Shown here: positions 7,981 through 17,363 of the stretch, piece by piece | Layout: each line of letters starts with the position of its first letter | How positions within the stretch are numbered: the first letter of the stretch is position 1 | Source of the DNA: Candidatus Nitrospira inopinata | GTDB lineage: Bacteria; Nitrospirota; Nitrospiria; Nitrospirales; Nitrospiraceae | NCBI RefSeq assembly: GCF_001458695.1 | Contig: NZ_LN885086.1 | Coordinates: 2,400,001-2,432,000, forward strand | Length of the DNA: 32,000 nucleotides | Direction of reading: 5' to 3' | The notes under the pieces: model-generated | Databases searched by the model: none | What the model saw: the letters and a program-made list of their open reading frames with translations, nothing else | Told to the model about the DNA's origin: nothing | Translations under genes and position numbers: made by a program

Positions 7981-9753
7981 ATGTCGTCCGATCCGGTTTC
8001 CTTCGCTCTCGAGAATCCTGACCATCTCTGCTTTCCATCCACGCGTTCGCTTGCCGAGCACTTTCAAGCCGGCGGAGGACGGATGGTCGTTCGTCCGACG
8101 GGGCACATGATTTTTTACCGCCCCGACGGCCGACGGTTTTTGGCGACGGATCCGATCGGTCATCCGCTGCATGAGTGCGAATGGTGCTCGAACGATGACG
8201 GAACCGTCAGGCTCGCGAGGGCGCGCATTCGGCTTGATTGGGGGCGATGGATCGGGCTTCTGCCCGGCGGCTTGGTGAATGAAACGAGCCTGGATCTCGC
8301 TCGAAAGCCCGGTTGGGAGCGGCTCGTGCCGGATGATTTGCGCGCCATGGCGGCCCGCACGCTGAGGGTGCCGATCGAGGAAATTCGGGCATTTTATGAC
8401 GATGAAGATCTCTGCATCGACGCGCGGGGAATTGCGACCATCCGCCACAGAAAAGATGCCCTCTACGTGTTGGACGACGGGACATTTGCATCGGCCCGCT
8501 TCATGGCCTGTATGGGAGCCATGCACTGGGACCGAATCGATTTTCTTCCCGTCGTTGAGCTCTTTCAGTCGCTGTTGCCGGGAACCGGTTCCGCGGTCTT
8601 TGAATTGATTCGCGGGCTCTACGATGATCAGAATGAAGGGGCGCAGAACCCTCGTCCGCTCCGCTACCGGGGCATTCCGACCTATCCGTCCAAAGCGGCC
8701 TGGCTCTTGTTCTCCAGGTTTTTTGTGCCTCATGCGCCGCCGGGAGCGGATGCGGCCGCTATTTTTCTGGATCAAGCTCGCGCCCATGAGATTACGTGGA
8801 CTCCGGCGCCGGACCCTCCCGCCCGGTATTTTTATGACCGGCCGCCGTTGTGTTTGACGGTGCAGGGGACAAGTATTGAGAAAGCCACGCTGGCGGACGA
8901 TGAATCGGGCTTATCCTACGTGAATCCGGCCGGGCATCGTCTTGCTCCATGGGATCGGACCGTCACGGCGCAGAATGGGATCATCGAAATACATGATCGA
9001 CAAGACCGCAGGCGGATTGTGATCGGCATCCCCGGAGTTGCTTCATCGCCGTCTGGGGCCGCACCGCCTTCCGGTTCGGTCGATTGGCGGACCGTCTTTC
9101 ACCCGGTGATGCCCGCGATTGATCCGAACGCGGCGTTCGGATCGGTTCCGTTGTATCCACAAGATGAAACTCCGATCGAGGAAGTCGCCGCCCAACCGTT
9201 TGTGGCCGATTATCTGCAAGACTTGACGGAGCAGGACCGCGAGATTGCAAAGATTGTCGCTCTGGCCGATCGCATCTTGGTTGATAACGGCGACGCCGTC
9301 ATCGCCACCTGTCTTCCGTTTGACCGGCCGCGCGATCTGGTCGCCTTGGTCAGTCGGCCGGCGTTTGCCATGAAACAAGCCCAGCGGATATGGGCTCTTT
9401 GCGCGGAACTCGGACGGTGGGACTGGTTGAGCCGGGCGAGATTTTGCATGGAAGGCGAGCCGGTTCCCGTTGGATGGCAGGCCGATCTCGCCTATGTGTG
9501 GCTGCCCTACGAGGACTTCGAAGAGCCGGCCGCTCTGGAGCGCGGCGCGGCGTTGCTGCTCCATCGTGTAAGACGGGGAGGCCACGCGTTTGTCACGGGG
9601 CCGGCATGCTACGGGGCCGGACTGGCGCGAGCCGGTCTTCGGATCGTGTGGGAAGAGGCCGTGGAGCGGTTACCCACCTTTGCCATGCACAAGAGCATTC
9701 TCCCTAAAGCGACGTTGCATCCAGGATTGACTCTCTTTCAGGTTCACTTCTAA
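7981..9753 (+). CDS. Hypothetical protein, 590 aa, no recognisable family
   Basis: The ATG directly abuts the proA TGA (TGAATG). Codon usage resembles neighbouring genes, and no signal peptide or TM segment is evident. A Pro/Ser/Gly linker (about 9024-9078) separates two halves. The only competing ORF is an Arg-rich antisense frame. Confidence 0.7.
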   Translation: MSSDPVSFALENPDHLCFPSTRSLAEHFQAGGGRMVVRPTGHMIFYRPDGRRFLATDPIGHPLHECEWCSNDDGTVRLARARIRLDWGRWIGLLPGGLVNETSLDLARKPGWERLVPDDLRAMAARTLRVPIEEIRAFYDDEDLCIDARGIATIRHRKDALYVLDDGTFASARFMACMGAMHWDRIDFLPVVELFQSLLPGTGSAVFELIRGLYDDQNEGAQNPRPLRYRGIPTYPSKAAWLLFSRFFVPHAPPGADAAAIFLDQARAHEITWTPAPDPPARYFYDRPPLCLTVQGTSIEKATLADDESGLSYVNPAGHRLAPWDRTVTAQNGIIEIHDRQDRRRIVIGIPGVASSPSGAAPPSGSVDWRTVFHPVMPAIDPNAAFGSVPLYPQDETPIEEVAAQPFVADYLQDLTEQDREIAKIVALADRILVDNGDAVIATCLPFDRPRDLVALVSRPAFAMKQAQRIWALCAELGRWDWLSRARFCMEGEPVPVGWQADLAYVWLPYEDFEEPAALERGAALLLHRVRRGGHAFVTGPACYGAGLARAGLRIVWEEAVERLPTFAMHKSILPKATLHPGLTLFQVHF

Positions 9754-9830
9754 CTCGCGTTGAGTTGAGATGGGACCATGCAGACCGCGCCGAGAAAGCG
9801 TGCGGCGAGGCGGGTTATCAGGCATTTGCG

Positions 9831-10964
9831 TTATGCGGTGAGGTATTGTCTTGGAATACGTGGACCGATGGCACAAAGAATCTCATAGGGAATGGTCTCG
9901 GCCCATTGCGCGAGGTCATGAGCGGTGATCCGTTCGTCTCCCTGGCGGCCGATGAGCGCCGCTTCGTCGCCGACTGTGACCCCCGGGATGTTTGTGACGT
10001 CGACCATGATCATATCCATGCAGACCAGTCCCACGATCGGCGCTCGATATCCCCGAATCAGGACAAATCCGCGATTTGAGAGACGGCGATGGATGCCGTC
10101 CGCGTAGCCGATCGGCAACACGGCGATGGTCGTTTTCCGTCGTGCCGTAAAGGTGCCGTTGTAGCTGACCTTCTGTCCGGGCAAAACGGTGCGGAGTTGC
10201 GCGACGGTCGTTTGCAGGGACAGCACCGGCTTTAAGTCCGGCACGGCTACGGAGTTCGGCAGCGTGTGATAGCCGTACAACATGATGCCGGGCCGAACGA
10301 GCGAAAAGCAGGCTTCAGGAAAACGGATTGCTCCGCCGCTGTTGGCTGCATGGATAAGCGGCACTCTGAATCCGCTCGTGGTGACGACGTCGATGGCGTC
10401 TCGAAATCGGGCCAGTTGTTCCTGTGTCATGTCCGCGGAGGGGCCGTCGGCGTCGGCCAAATGTGTCATGAGACCTTCCAATCGGAGGGGAGGAGGAAAC
10501 CGACGGCTGCCGAAGAGATCCGCGAGTTCTTGCTGCGACAGTCCCAGCCGCCCCATGCCGGTTTCTACTTTGAGATGAATCGGATACGGGGCGGGGAACG
10601 AGGAGGCCGCCTTTTCCAGAACCGGCAATACCGCGATGTCGCTCACGACAGGGGTGAGCCGATGAGCCAAAAGGTCTCCGACCTGTTCGTGGAACAGGGG
10701 ACCGAGCACGACGATCGGCCGGGTGATGCCGGCATGACGCAGGATGATGCCTTCTTCGATTGAGACGACGGCGACATGGGACACGCCGTGACGTATCAGA
10801 GTCCTGGCCGTCTCCACCGCGCCGTGACCGTAGGCGTTGGCTTTGATCACCGCCATGATCTTGCAACCGGAAGGGAGAAAATTTCGGAATTGAGCCAGAT
10901 TGTGTGCCAGGGCGGTCAGATCGACGGTTGCGGAGGTTGGGAGGAATGTCGAAGAAGTGGGCAC
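9831..10964 (-). CDS. alr: Alanine racemase
   Basis: The PLP-lysine motif AVIKANAYGHGA is present in a 377-aa product with a C-terminal beta domain (GYADG, VCMDM). The start appears to be GTG at 10964 with a weak RBS, so the start is uncertain. Confidence 0.9.
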   Translation of the reverse strand: MPTSSTFLPTSATVDLTALAHNLAQFRNFLPSGCKIMAVIKANAYGHGAVETARTLIRHGVSHVAVVSIEEGIILRHAGITRPIVVLGPLFHEQVGDLLAHRLTPVVSDIAVLPVLEKAASSFPAPYPIHLKVETGMGRLGLSQQELADLFGSRRFPPPLRLEGLMTHLADADGPSADMTQEQLARFRDAIDVVTTSGFRVPLIHAANSGGAIRFPEACFSLVRPGIMLYGYHTLPNSVAVPDLKPVLSLQTTVAQLRTVLPGQKVSYNGTFTARRKTTIAVLPIGYADGIHRRLSNRGFVLIRGYRAPIVGLVCMDMIMVDVTNIPGVTVGDEAALIGRQGDERITAHDLAQWAETIPYEILCAIGPRIPRQYLTA

Positions 10965-10991
10965 GCGTGAAAGAAGCCGGAAATCCGAGGA

Positions 10992-11555
10992 TCAGACTTC
11001 CATGATCTCCTGTTCCTTTTTTTTGATGATCTCGTCGATCTTGTGGACGAACTGATCGGTGATTTTTTGCGTTTCTTGTTCGGCCTTGCGCAGCTCGTCC
11101 TCGGTCAGCTTGGCATCTTTCTGAAGTTTCTTCAATTCTTCGTTGGCGTCGCGCCGAAAGCCGCGGATGTGTACCTTCGTGTCCTCGCCGTGCTTTTTAC
11201 AGATCTTGGTCAGTTCTCTTCGGCGTTCTTCCGTGAGGGGAGGAAGAGGAACGCGGATGATCTTGCCGTCATTGGACGGCGTGACGCCCAATCCCGAAGT
11301 GGCCAAGGCCTTTTCGATCTCTTTAATCAGATTCGGCTCCCAGGGCTGAATGGTGATCAATCGCGCCTCCGGCGTCGAAACGTTGGCGACCTGTTTCAAC
11401 GGGGTCATGGTGCCGTAATAATCGACCCTCACGCCGTCGAGAAGGGCCACGGAAGCTCGGCCGGTTCTGAGGCCGGAAAGATCCCGCTTCAAGTGCTCGA
11501 CGGCCTGCTCCATCTGGTGGGTGAGTTTTTGATGAACGGGTGTTGCGCCTGACAT
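10992..11555 (-). CDS. frr: Ribosome recycling factor
   Basis: The sequence is Frr-like throughout (LSGLRTGRASVALLDGVRVDYYG, LPPLTEERRRELTK). The start is set at ATG 11555, downstream of the pyrH stop, rather than the ORF start at 11579. Confidence 0.95.
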   Translation of the reverse strand: MSGATPVHQKLTHQMEQAVEHLKRDLSGLRTGRASVALLDGVRVDYYGTMTPLKQVANVSTPEARLITIQPWEPNLIKEIEKALATSGLGVTPSNDGKIIRVPLPPLTEERRRELTKICKKHGEDTKVHIRGFRRDANEELKKLQKDAKLTEDELRKAEQETQKITDQFVHKIDEIIKKKEQEIMEV

Positions 11556-11575
11556 CGTGAGGCTCCGCGATGAAA

Positions 11576-12301
11576 TCAACGATTGCTCGGCGTGACCAGC
11601 GTGCCGATCGGTTCGCCCATGGCCACGCGCCGGAAATTGCCCTTCACTTTGAGATTGAAAACGATCAACGGCAGATGGTTGTCCATGCAGAGACTGATCG
11701 CCGTTGCGTCCATGACCTTCAGATTTTGATTCAAGATCGAAAGGAATGGAATCTCCGAATACTTTTGGGCCGTCGGATTCTTGACGGGGTCGTCATCGTA
11801 AATGCCGTCGACTTTGGTGCCTTTCATGATGACTTGGGCGCCGATTTCCATGGCGCGGAGGGCGGCGGCGGTGTCGGTCGAAAAGTAGGGGTTGCCCGTG
11901 CCTCCCGCGAAAATGACCACTCGGTGTTTTTCCAAGTGCCGGATGGCCCGCCGGCGGATATAGCCCTCCGCCAGTTGGCGCATTTCAATCGCGGATTGCA
12001 CGCGTGTCATGATGCCGGCGCGCTCCAAAGCGTTCTGCAAGGCCAAGGCGTTGAGCACCGTGGCGAGCATGCCCATGTAATCGGCCGAGGCGCGCTCCAT
12101 CCCCGAGGCACTGGCGGCGATTCCTCTGAAAATGTTCCCGCCCCCGATCACAAGGGCCACTTGGACGCCGAGCTCGACAACGGACCTGATCTCTTCAGCC
12201 AGACTTTCGAGAACGGAGGGCTGAATTCCATACCCTTGCTCGCCGGCCAGCATCTCGCCGCTGACCTTGAGAAGGAGACGCTGGTATTTGGCTCCGCTCA
12301 T
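11576..12301 (-). CDS. pyrH: UMP kinase
   Basis: RLLLKVSGE and GGGNIFRG motifs are present in a 241-aa product. The start overlaps the tsf stop (ATGA). Confidence 0.95.
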   Translation of the reverse strand: MSGAKYQRLLLKVSGEMLAGEQGYGIQPSVLESLAEEIRSVVELGVQVALVIGGGNIFRGIAASASGMERASADYMGMLATVLNALALQNALERAGIMTRVQSAIEMRQLAEGYIRRRAIRHLEKHRVVIFAGGTGNPYFSTDTAAALRAMEIGAQVIMKGTKVDGIYDDDPVKNPTAQKYSEIPFLSILNQNLKVMDATAISLCMDNHLPLIVFNLKVKGNFRRVAMGEPIGTLVTPSNR

Positions 12302-12894
12302 GCCTCGCCCAGTTGATAGCGGACGAATCGTCGGATGTTAATGTTCTCTCCGATTTTTGCGATCTTTTGTGCCAAGAGATCCTTGATGGTGACGGCCGGG
12401 TCTTTAATGAAGGCCTGCTCCAGCAAGCAGGATTCCTGATAGAATTTCTCAAGCTTTCCCTCGACGATTTTCGGCCAGGCGGCGGGAGGTTTGCCCATCT
12501 CCTTCGCTTGTCCCTCGTAAATCGCCCGCTCCTTTTCGATGAGATCCTTGGGGATATCCTCGCGTCTCACGTACAGCGGCTTGGCCGCCGCGACCTGGAG
12601 GGCAAGATCGTTGACGAAGGTTTTGAACTCGTCGTTGCGCGCGACAAAGTCCGTTTCGCAATTGACTTCGATCAGCACCCCGATTTTTCCCCCCATATGG
12701 ATGTACGCGTGGACAAGGCCCTGGTTTGTCTCGCGCCCGGATTTTTTCGCCGCCGCCGCCAGGCCCTTTTGTCGCAGATAGTCGACGGCCTTCTCGATAT
12801 CGTTGCCGTTTTCAGCCAAAGCTTTCTGGCAATCCAGAATGCCAGCGCCGGTCTTTTCACGAAGTTCTTTGACCAACTGACTTGATCCCGCCAT
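12298..12894 (-). CDS. tsf: Elongation factor Ts (short form)
   Basis: The N-terminal UBA-like segment is [19 protein letters not shown], followed by [14 protein letters not shown]. The gene sits in the canonical rpsB-tsf-pyrH-frr order. Confidence 0.95.
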   Translation of the reverse strand: MAGSSQLVKELREKTGAGILDCQKALAENGNDIEKAVDYLRQKGLAAAAKKSGRETNQGLVHAYIHMGGKIGVLIEVNCETDFVARNDEFKTFVNDLALQVAAAKPLYVRREDIPKDLIEKERAIYEGQAKEMGKPPAAWPKIVEGKLEKFYQESCLLEQAFIKDPAVTIKDLLAQKIAKIGENINIRRFVRYQLGEA

Positions 12895-12959
12895 AGTCCG
12901 TCATCCTTTTTGTGGTCGTTCTGCTGAAACCAGGTAGAGCACGATGAATGGTTGTCCGT

Positions 12960-13733
12960 CTACGATGCCGGAACGCTCTCAAGACGGACCGTCTGTTTCT
13001 TCTCGCTCCCCTCCGGCACGGCCTGAAATTCCGCCTCGTCTCGTTGGGCTTTGAGATGGGCGCCTTCGATGCAGGCATCGGCGATTTTTGAGGTAATGAG
13101 CTTGATGGAGCGGATGGCGTCGTCGTTGCCTGGGATCGGGTAGGCGATATCGTCCGGATCGCAATTACTGTCAAGAATCGCGATGACGGGAATGTCCAAC
13201 CGCACGGCTTCTTGGACGGCGATCCGTTCGATTCTGGTGTCGAGCACGAAGACGGCCCCAGGAAGCGTCCGCATGTTTCTGATCCCTGAAAGGTACTTTT
13301 GCAGCTTGGCGACGTTCTTCTGCATCAAGAGAATTTCTTTCTTTTTGAGGCCATGCTCGGCGGGATTTTCCAGGATGGTCTCCAGTTTTTTCATTTTATC
13401 GATGCTTCGACGGATGGTCTGAAAATTCGTCAGCATCCCGCCCAGCCAACGTTGGTTGACGAAGAACGCGTTGGCCCGCTTGGCTTCTTCTTCGAGGATT
13501 TCGGCAGCTTGCCGTTTGGTTCCGATGAACAAGATCGATTCGCCGGACGCCACCGTGTCGCGGACGAACGCGTAGGCTTGGTTGAGGCGATCAAGGGTCT
13601 GTTGCAGGTCAATGATGTAGATTCCATTCCGCTCGCCGAAGAGAAATTTTTTCATCTTCGGATTCCAGCGATTCGTCTGATGGCCGAAGTGCACTCCGGC
13701 TTCCAATAACTCCTTGATCGTCACCACTCCCAT
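12960..13733 (-). CDS. rpsB: 30S ribosomal protein S2
   Basis: The product contains [19 protein letters not shown]. The start is set at ATG 13733, which has a GGGAGGTG RBS. Confidence 0.95.
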   Translation of the reverse strand: MGVVTIKELLEAGVHFGHQTNRWNPKMKKFLFGERNGIYIIDLQQTLDRLNQAYAFVRDTVASGESILFIGTKRQAAEILEEEAKRANAFFVNQRWLGGMLTNFQTIRRSIDKMKKLETILENPAEHGLKKKEILLMQKNVAKLQKYLSGIRNMRTLPGAVFVLDTRIERIAVQEAVRLDIPVIAILDSNCDPDDIAYPIPGNDDAIRSIKLITSKIADACIEGAHLKAQRDEAEFQAVPEGSEKKQTVRLESVPAS

Positions 13734-13751
13734 GCGTTCACCTCCCTTCAA

Positions 13752-13806
13752 GGCTTGCAGAGCGCCCGTGAAACGGGCGAGGGGAGCAGCCCCTTAGTCT
13801 CAAGCC
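13752..13806 (-). promoter_or_regulatory. Structured 5' leader immediately upstream of the rpsB Shine-Dalgarno (candidate r-protein autoregulatory element)
   Basis: On the minus strand, a closing helix GGCTTG/CAAGCC (13806-13801 with 13757-13752) encloses two hairpins. These are AGGGG-CTGCT-CCCCT (13794-13780) and CGCCCG-TTTCA-CGGGCG (13779-13763). The SD GGGAGG follows within about 6 nt. Confidence 0.3.
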
Positions 13807-14059
13807 GAGCAGCGCGTACGCTGATGTTGAATTTGAAAAAGTACGGTCCCTATCCCGATGGATGAGACGGGTTGACAAGTTGTCATCCGCAAAGCGGAGG
13901 CACGCTACCACAGTCGCTAAGCATTTTCAAGCGGTTGAGAGAACATGATTCCATGCCTCGATCTTCAAAAAATGGAGCCGTTCGCTGGGATGAACCTCGG
14001 TTTGTCAACGTACGCCAGGATGGGACGAAAAGGATATTCGGAGCGCCAGACCGGAGCCA

Positions 14060-15313
14060 TTATGATCGGTAGCTGGCGTTAATGCGGACGTATTCGTAAG
14101 AAAGATCGGTCGTCCACATGTGCGCGTGGGCCTTACCCTGGTCGAGGTCGATTGAGATGGTAAACTCGCGTTGTTTGAAGACCCTGGCGATTTTTCGCTC
14201 GGCGTCAAGACCCGTCCCTGTTCCCTTTCTGACCATGACGACGTCACCGAAACGAACCGTGACTCTGTTTGGATCAATCGGGACGTCTGATCGGCCGATT
14301 GCCGCCATGACGCGCCCCCAATTGGCGTCTTCTCCGAACAGAGCGGTTTTGACGAGGTTGGACGTCGCGACGGTGGAGGCCACCCGTTTGGCCGCGGCTT
14401 CGGTTTTCGCGCCGCTCACCGCGATCTTGACGACTTTGGTCACTCCTTCACCGTCTCGGCATATGGCGAGCGCGAGTCGTTCAGAGGCTTCGCGCAACAT
14501 TTGCTCGAACGCACGGTAGTGTCGAGTTCCCTCCCGGATCGGCCGGTTTCGAGCCATGCCGTTGGCCAGGCACAGGACCATGTCGTTGGTGCTGGTGTCG
14601 CCGTCCACGGTGATACAGTTGAAGGATTGATCGACCGCCGACGTCAGAGCCCGTTGGAGCGTCGCCGGTTCGATGGCCGCATCGGTGGTGAGAAAGGCCA
14701 ACATGGTGGCCATGTCGGGATGGATCATGCCGGAGCCTTTGGCGATCCCGCCGATTGTGATGACCGTTCCGTTCACCCTGCCACGGAGAACGACGGTCTT
14801 CGGTCTCAAATCGGTTGTCAGAATTGCACGGGCTGCCTGCTTTCCTCCGCGGGGACTGAGTCGAGCGATCAAAGTCGGGACGTGGCCGATGATCCGGTCG
14901 ATGGGCAGGGGACGGCCGATCACGCCGGTCGAACCGACAAACACCTGGTGAGTAGGGATGGAAAGGGCTTGTGCGACCGTCGAGGCCATGGCTTTTGCCG
15001 CGACGAGTCCATCCGGCCCCGTGCAGGCGTTGGCGTTTCCGCTGTTCACGATGATCGCGCGACCTTGGCGGCGACCGAGGTGCAGACGGTTGAGTCGTAC
15101 GGGCGCGGCCTGAACGCGATTCTTGGTGAAGACGCCGGCGATCGGGCCGGCGACTTCTGAAACGATGAGAGCGAGGTCGAGAATTCCGGCCTTCTTGATT
15201 CCGCAGTGGAGGCCGGTTGCTTGAAAACCCGTGGGCGCCGTCACGCCCTGTGCGCGATCGTTTCTCACCGTATTTTCCTTGAGGGGGGGTCGGCGGAGGC
15301 CGGTGAATATCAC
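14060..15313 (-). CDS. argJ: Bifunctional ornithine acetyltransferase / N-acetylglutamate synthase
   Basis: The autoprocessing region HPDMATMLAFLTTDA is present and the product is ArgJ-like along its full length. The GTG start overlaps the argC stop (GTGA). Confidence 0.95.
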   Translation of the reverse strand: MIFTGLRRPPLKENTVRNDRAQGVTAPTGFQATGLHCGIKKAGILDLALIVSEVAGPIAGVFTKNRVQAAPVRLNRLHLGRRQGRAIIVNSGNANACTGPDGLVAAKAMASTVAQALSIPTHQVFVGSTGVIGRPLPIDRIIGHVPTLIARLSPRGGKQAARAILTTDLRPKTVVLRGRVNGTVITIGGIAKGSGMIHPDMATMLAFLTTDAAIEPATLQRALTSAVDQSFNCITVDGDTSTNDMVLCLANGMARNRPIREGTRHYRAFEQMLREASERLALAICRDGEGVTKVVKIAVSGAKTEAAAKRVASTVATSNLVKTALFGEDANWGRVMAAIGRSDVPIDPNRVTVRFGDVVMVRKGTGTGLDAERKIARVFKQREFTISIDLDQGKAHAHMWTTDLSYEYVRINASYRS

Positions 15314-16362
15314 GGATAGCTGCTCGGTGCCGTCAACCCGCTGTCTTCGGGAAGACCCATCATCACATTCATCGCCTGAATGGCCTGGCCGGCCGCACCC
15401 TTGACGAGATTGTCAACCGCCGCGACCGTCACGACCCACCCGGTCCTGGCGTCCAGATACACGCCGACGTCGCAAAAGTTTGAACCTTTGAGATAGCGGG
15501 GGTTGGGAACAATGTCGCCGAACAACCGGACGAACCGCTCTCCTTTATAAAAGTCCGCGTAGAGGGCCCGGAGTTCCTCGATCGTAGTCGGGCGCATCAG
15601 CTTACAGTAAGCCGTGCTCAGGATTCCTCGATTCATGGGTACCAAATGGGGGGTGAAGGTGACCGTCACCTGTCCCGGCGATCCGAGGATTCCCGCAAGC
15701 TCCTGTTCGATTTCAGGGACATGGCGATGGGTTCCGATCTTGTAGGGTTCGAGCGATTCATGGGCTTCCGGGAAATGATAGGGTAACGCCGGGCTTCGCC
15801 CCGCGCCGGAAATGCCGGATTTGGCGTCGATGACGATGGTGTCCGGTTGGATGACGCCTTTGGCGACCAGGGGTGCCAACTGAAGAATCGCGGCCGTGGG
15901 ATAGCAGCCGGGAGAGGCAACCAGTTTCGTCTCGGCAATGGCGCGCCGATGGAGTTCCGGTAAACCGTAGACGGCTTTCTTTAATAAATCTGTATGTTTG
16001 TGTGGTGTTTGGTACCAAGACTCGTAAGCGGCGGTGTTCTTGAGGCGGTAATCGGCGCTCAGATCAACGACAAAGAGACCCGCGCTCACACAGGAAGCCA
16101 CCGGCTCTTGCGATTTGGTATGGGGGAGGGCCAAGAACACGGCGTCGGCTCGTTCAGCCAGTGCCTCGGGTGCCAGCGATTCAAAACGATGCTCGACAAT
16201 GCCTGTCAAGCTGGGAAAGACCCAGGCGACCGGTTGGCCGACCGATTTCTCGGACGTCACGGCGGTGATCTCGTAATGGGGATGGGCTGCGGCAAGCCGA
16301 ACAAGCTCGGCGCCGGCATAACCGCTGGCGCCTGCAATGGCGACCCGGAATTTCTTGGGCAT
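15310..16362 (-). CDS. argC: N-acetyl-gamma-glutamyl-phosphate reductase
   Basis: The N-terminal segment VAIAGASGYAGAEL and the active-site motif SPGCYPTA are present in a 350-aa product. Confidence 0.95.
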   Translation of the reverse strand: MPKKFRVAIAGASGYAGAELVRLAAAHPHYEITAVTSEKSVGQPVAWVFPSLTGIVEHRFESLAPEALAERADAVFLALPHTKSQEPVASCVSAGLFVVDLSADYRLKNTAAYESWYQTPHKHTDLLKKAVYGLPELHRRAIAETKLVASPGCYPTAAILQLAPLVAKGVIQPDTIVIDAKSGISGAGRSPALPYHFPEAHESLEPYKIGTHRHVPEIEQELAGILGSPGQVTVTFTPHLVPMNRGILSTAYCKLMRPTTIEELRALYADFYKGERFVRLFGDIVPNPRYLKGSNFCDVGVYLDARTGWVVTVAAVDNLVKGAAGQAIQAMNVMMGLPEDSGLTAPSSYP

Positions 16363-16412
16363 GCGTCTTACCTCTCTTCGAATCGAGGAGCGGAGCGGTA
16401 TATGCGCAGAGA

Positions 16413-16442
16413 TAAAAAACGGGAAGGCTCCAAACCTTCCCG
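16413..16442 (-). terminator. Rho-independent terminator after rpsI
   Basis: On the minus strand: CGGGAAGG, loop TTTGGAG, CCTTCCCG, followed by TTTTTTA. Confidence 0.7.
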
Positions 16443-16468
16443 TTCCCGAGAGTCGGCACCTTCTCGCG

Positions 16469-16861
16469 TTATCGCTTGGAGTATTGGAAGCGCTTGCGGG
16501 CGCCTTTCTGGCCGTACTTTTTTCGCTCTTTGACGCGCGAGTCTCTCATCAGGAGTCCTTCCTTCTTGAGAGGGGGGCGGGCAGAGGGATTCATAGCGAC
16601 GAGAGCTCTCGCAATGGCATGCCGAAGCGCCCCGGCTTGTCCCGCCGGTCCGCCGCCGTACACGGTCGCATTGATCGAGCATTTGCCCAGAAGCCCGGCC
16701 AACTCAAGCGGAAGTTGAATAATTTGCCGCAAGGTGAGACGGGGGAAAGCTTGTTCCAGCGGTTTTTCATTGACCGTGATTTCGCCGGCGGTCCCGCTCA
16801 CCCACGCCCTCGCGACCGCGCATTTTCTGCGACCCGTTGCATAGTGTGGTGCCACTGCCAT
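16469..16861 (-). CDS. rpsI: 30S ribosomal protein S9
   Basis: YATGRRK near the N-terminus and the C-terminal KKYGQKGARKRFQYSKR are present. The start is set at ATG 16861. Confidence 0.95.
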   Translation of the reverse strand: MAVAPHYATGRRKCAVARAWVSGTAGEITVNEKPLEQAFPRLTLRQIIQLPLELAGLLGKCSINATVYGGGPAGQAGALRHAIARALVAMNPSARPPLKKEGLLMRDSRVKERKKYGQKGARKRFQYSKR

Positions 16862-16899
16862 GAGAGTTGTCTCCTTCCGTCTGTCCTGCACCGTGGTTG

Positions 16900-17325
16900 T
16901 TATAAGGAAATCAGTTCCGGCTGTTGTGCGTGATGCGGGTGATCCGGACCGGTGTAGACCCGCAGTTTCCTGGCCATGCCGTTTCCAAGCGGGTTTTTGG
17001 GAAGCATCCCCTCAATGGCTTGAACCAGCAGTTGTGAAGGGTCTTTTCGAAACAGATGCTCGGCTGAGGCGGTTTTGAGGCCGCCGGGGTAGCCGGTGTG
17101 GCGACGGTACAGCTTGGTTTTCATCTTGTTGCCGGTCAATTGGATCTTTTCCGCGTTCACGATAATGACATGGTCTCCCATGTCGATATGGGGGGTGAAG
17201 GTGGAACGGTGTTTTCCTCTTAAGAGGGCCGCGACTCGGGCGGCGAGTCGTCCGAGGGTTTTCCCTTCTGCATTGACCAGGTACCATGTCTGTCGCACAT
17301 TGGCCGGTTTTTCAAAATAAGTCAT
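16900..17325 (-). CDS. rplM: 50S ribosomal protein L13
   Basis: The product contains WYLVNAEGKTLGRLA and GMLPKN.LG. The start is set at ATG 17325, which has a GGGGAGA RBS. Confidence 0.95.
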   Translation of the reverse strand: MTYFEKPANVRQTWYLVNAEGKTLGRLAARVAALLRGKHRSTFTPHIDMGDHVIIVNAEKIQLTGNKMKTKLYRRHTGYPGGLKTASAEHLFRKDPSQLLVQAIEGMLPKNPLGNGMARKLRVYTGPDHPHHAQQPELISL

Positions 17326-17363
17326 TGCGTATCTCCCCGATGTTGTTTCCACAGAATGATAAG

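Noticed and set aside
7162-8787. A 541-aa minus-strand ORF spanning the proA 3' half and the 5' half of the 590-aa ORF.
   Set aside because: It is antisense to an unmistakable proA and its product is Arg/Gly/Pro-rich low-complexity sequence. It has no RBS or motif. It is a typical stop-free antisense frame of GC-rich coding DNA.
13872-14072. A 66-aa plus-strand ORF in the argJ-rpsB intergenic region.
   Set aside because: It has a TTG start with no RBS, its product is unremarkable, and its end overlaps the argJ 3' end. It is more likely non-coding leader or promoter DNA for rpsB.
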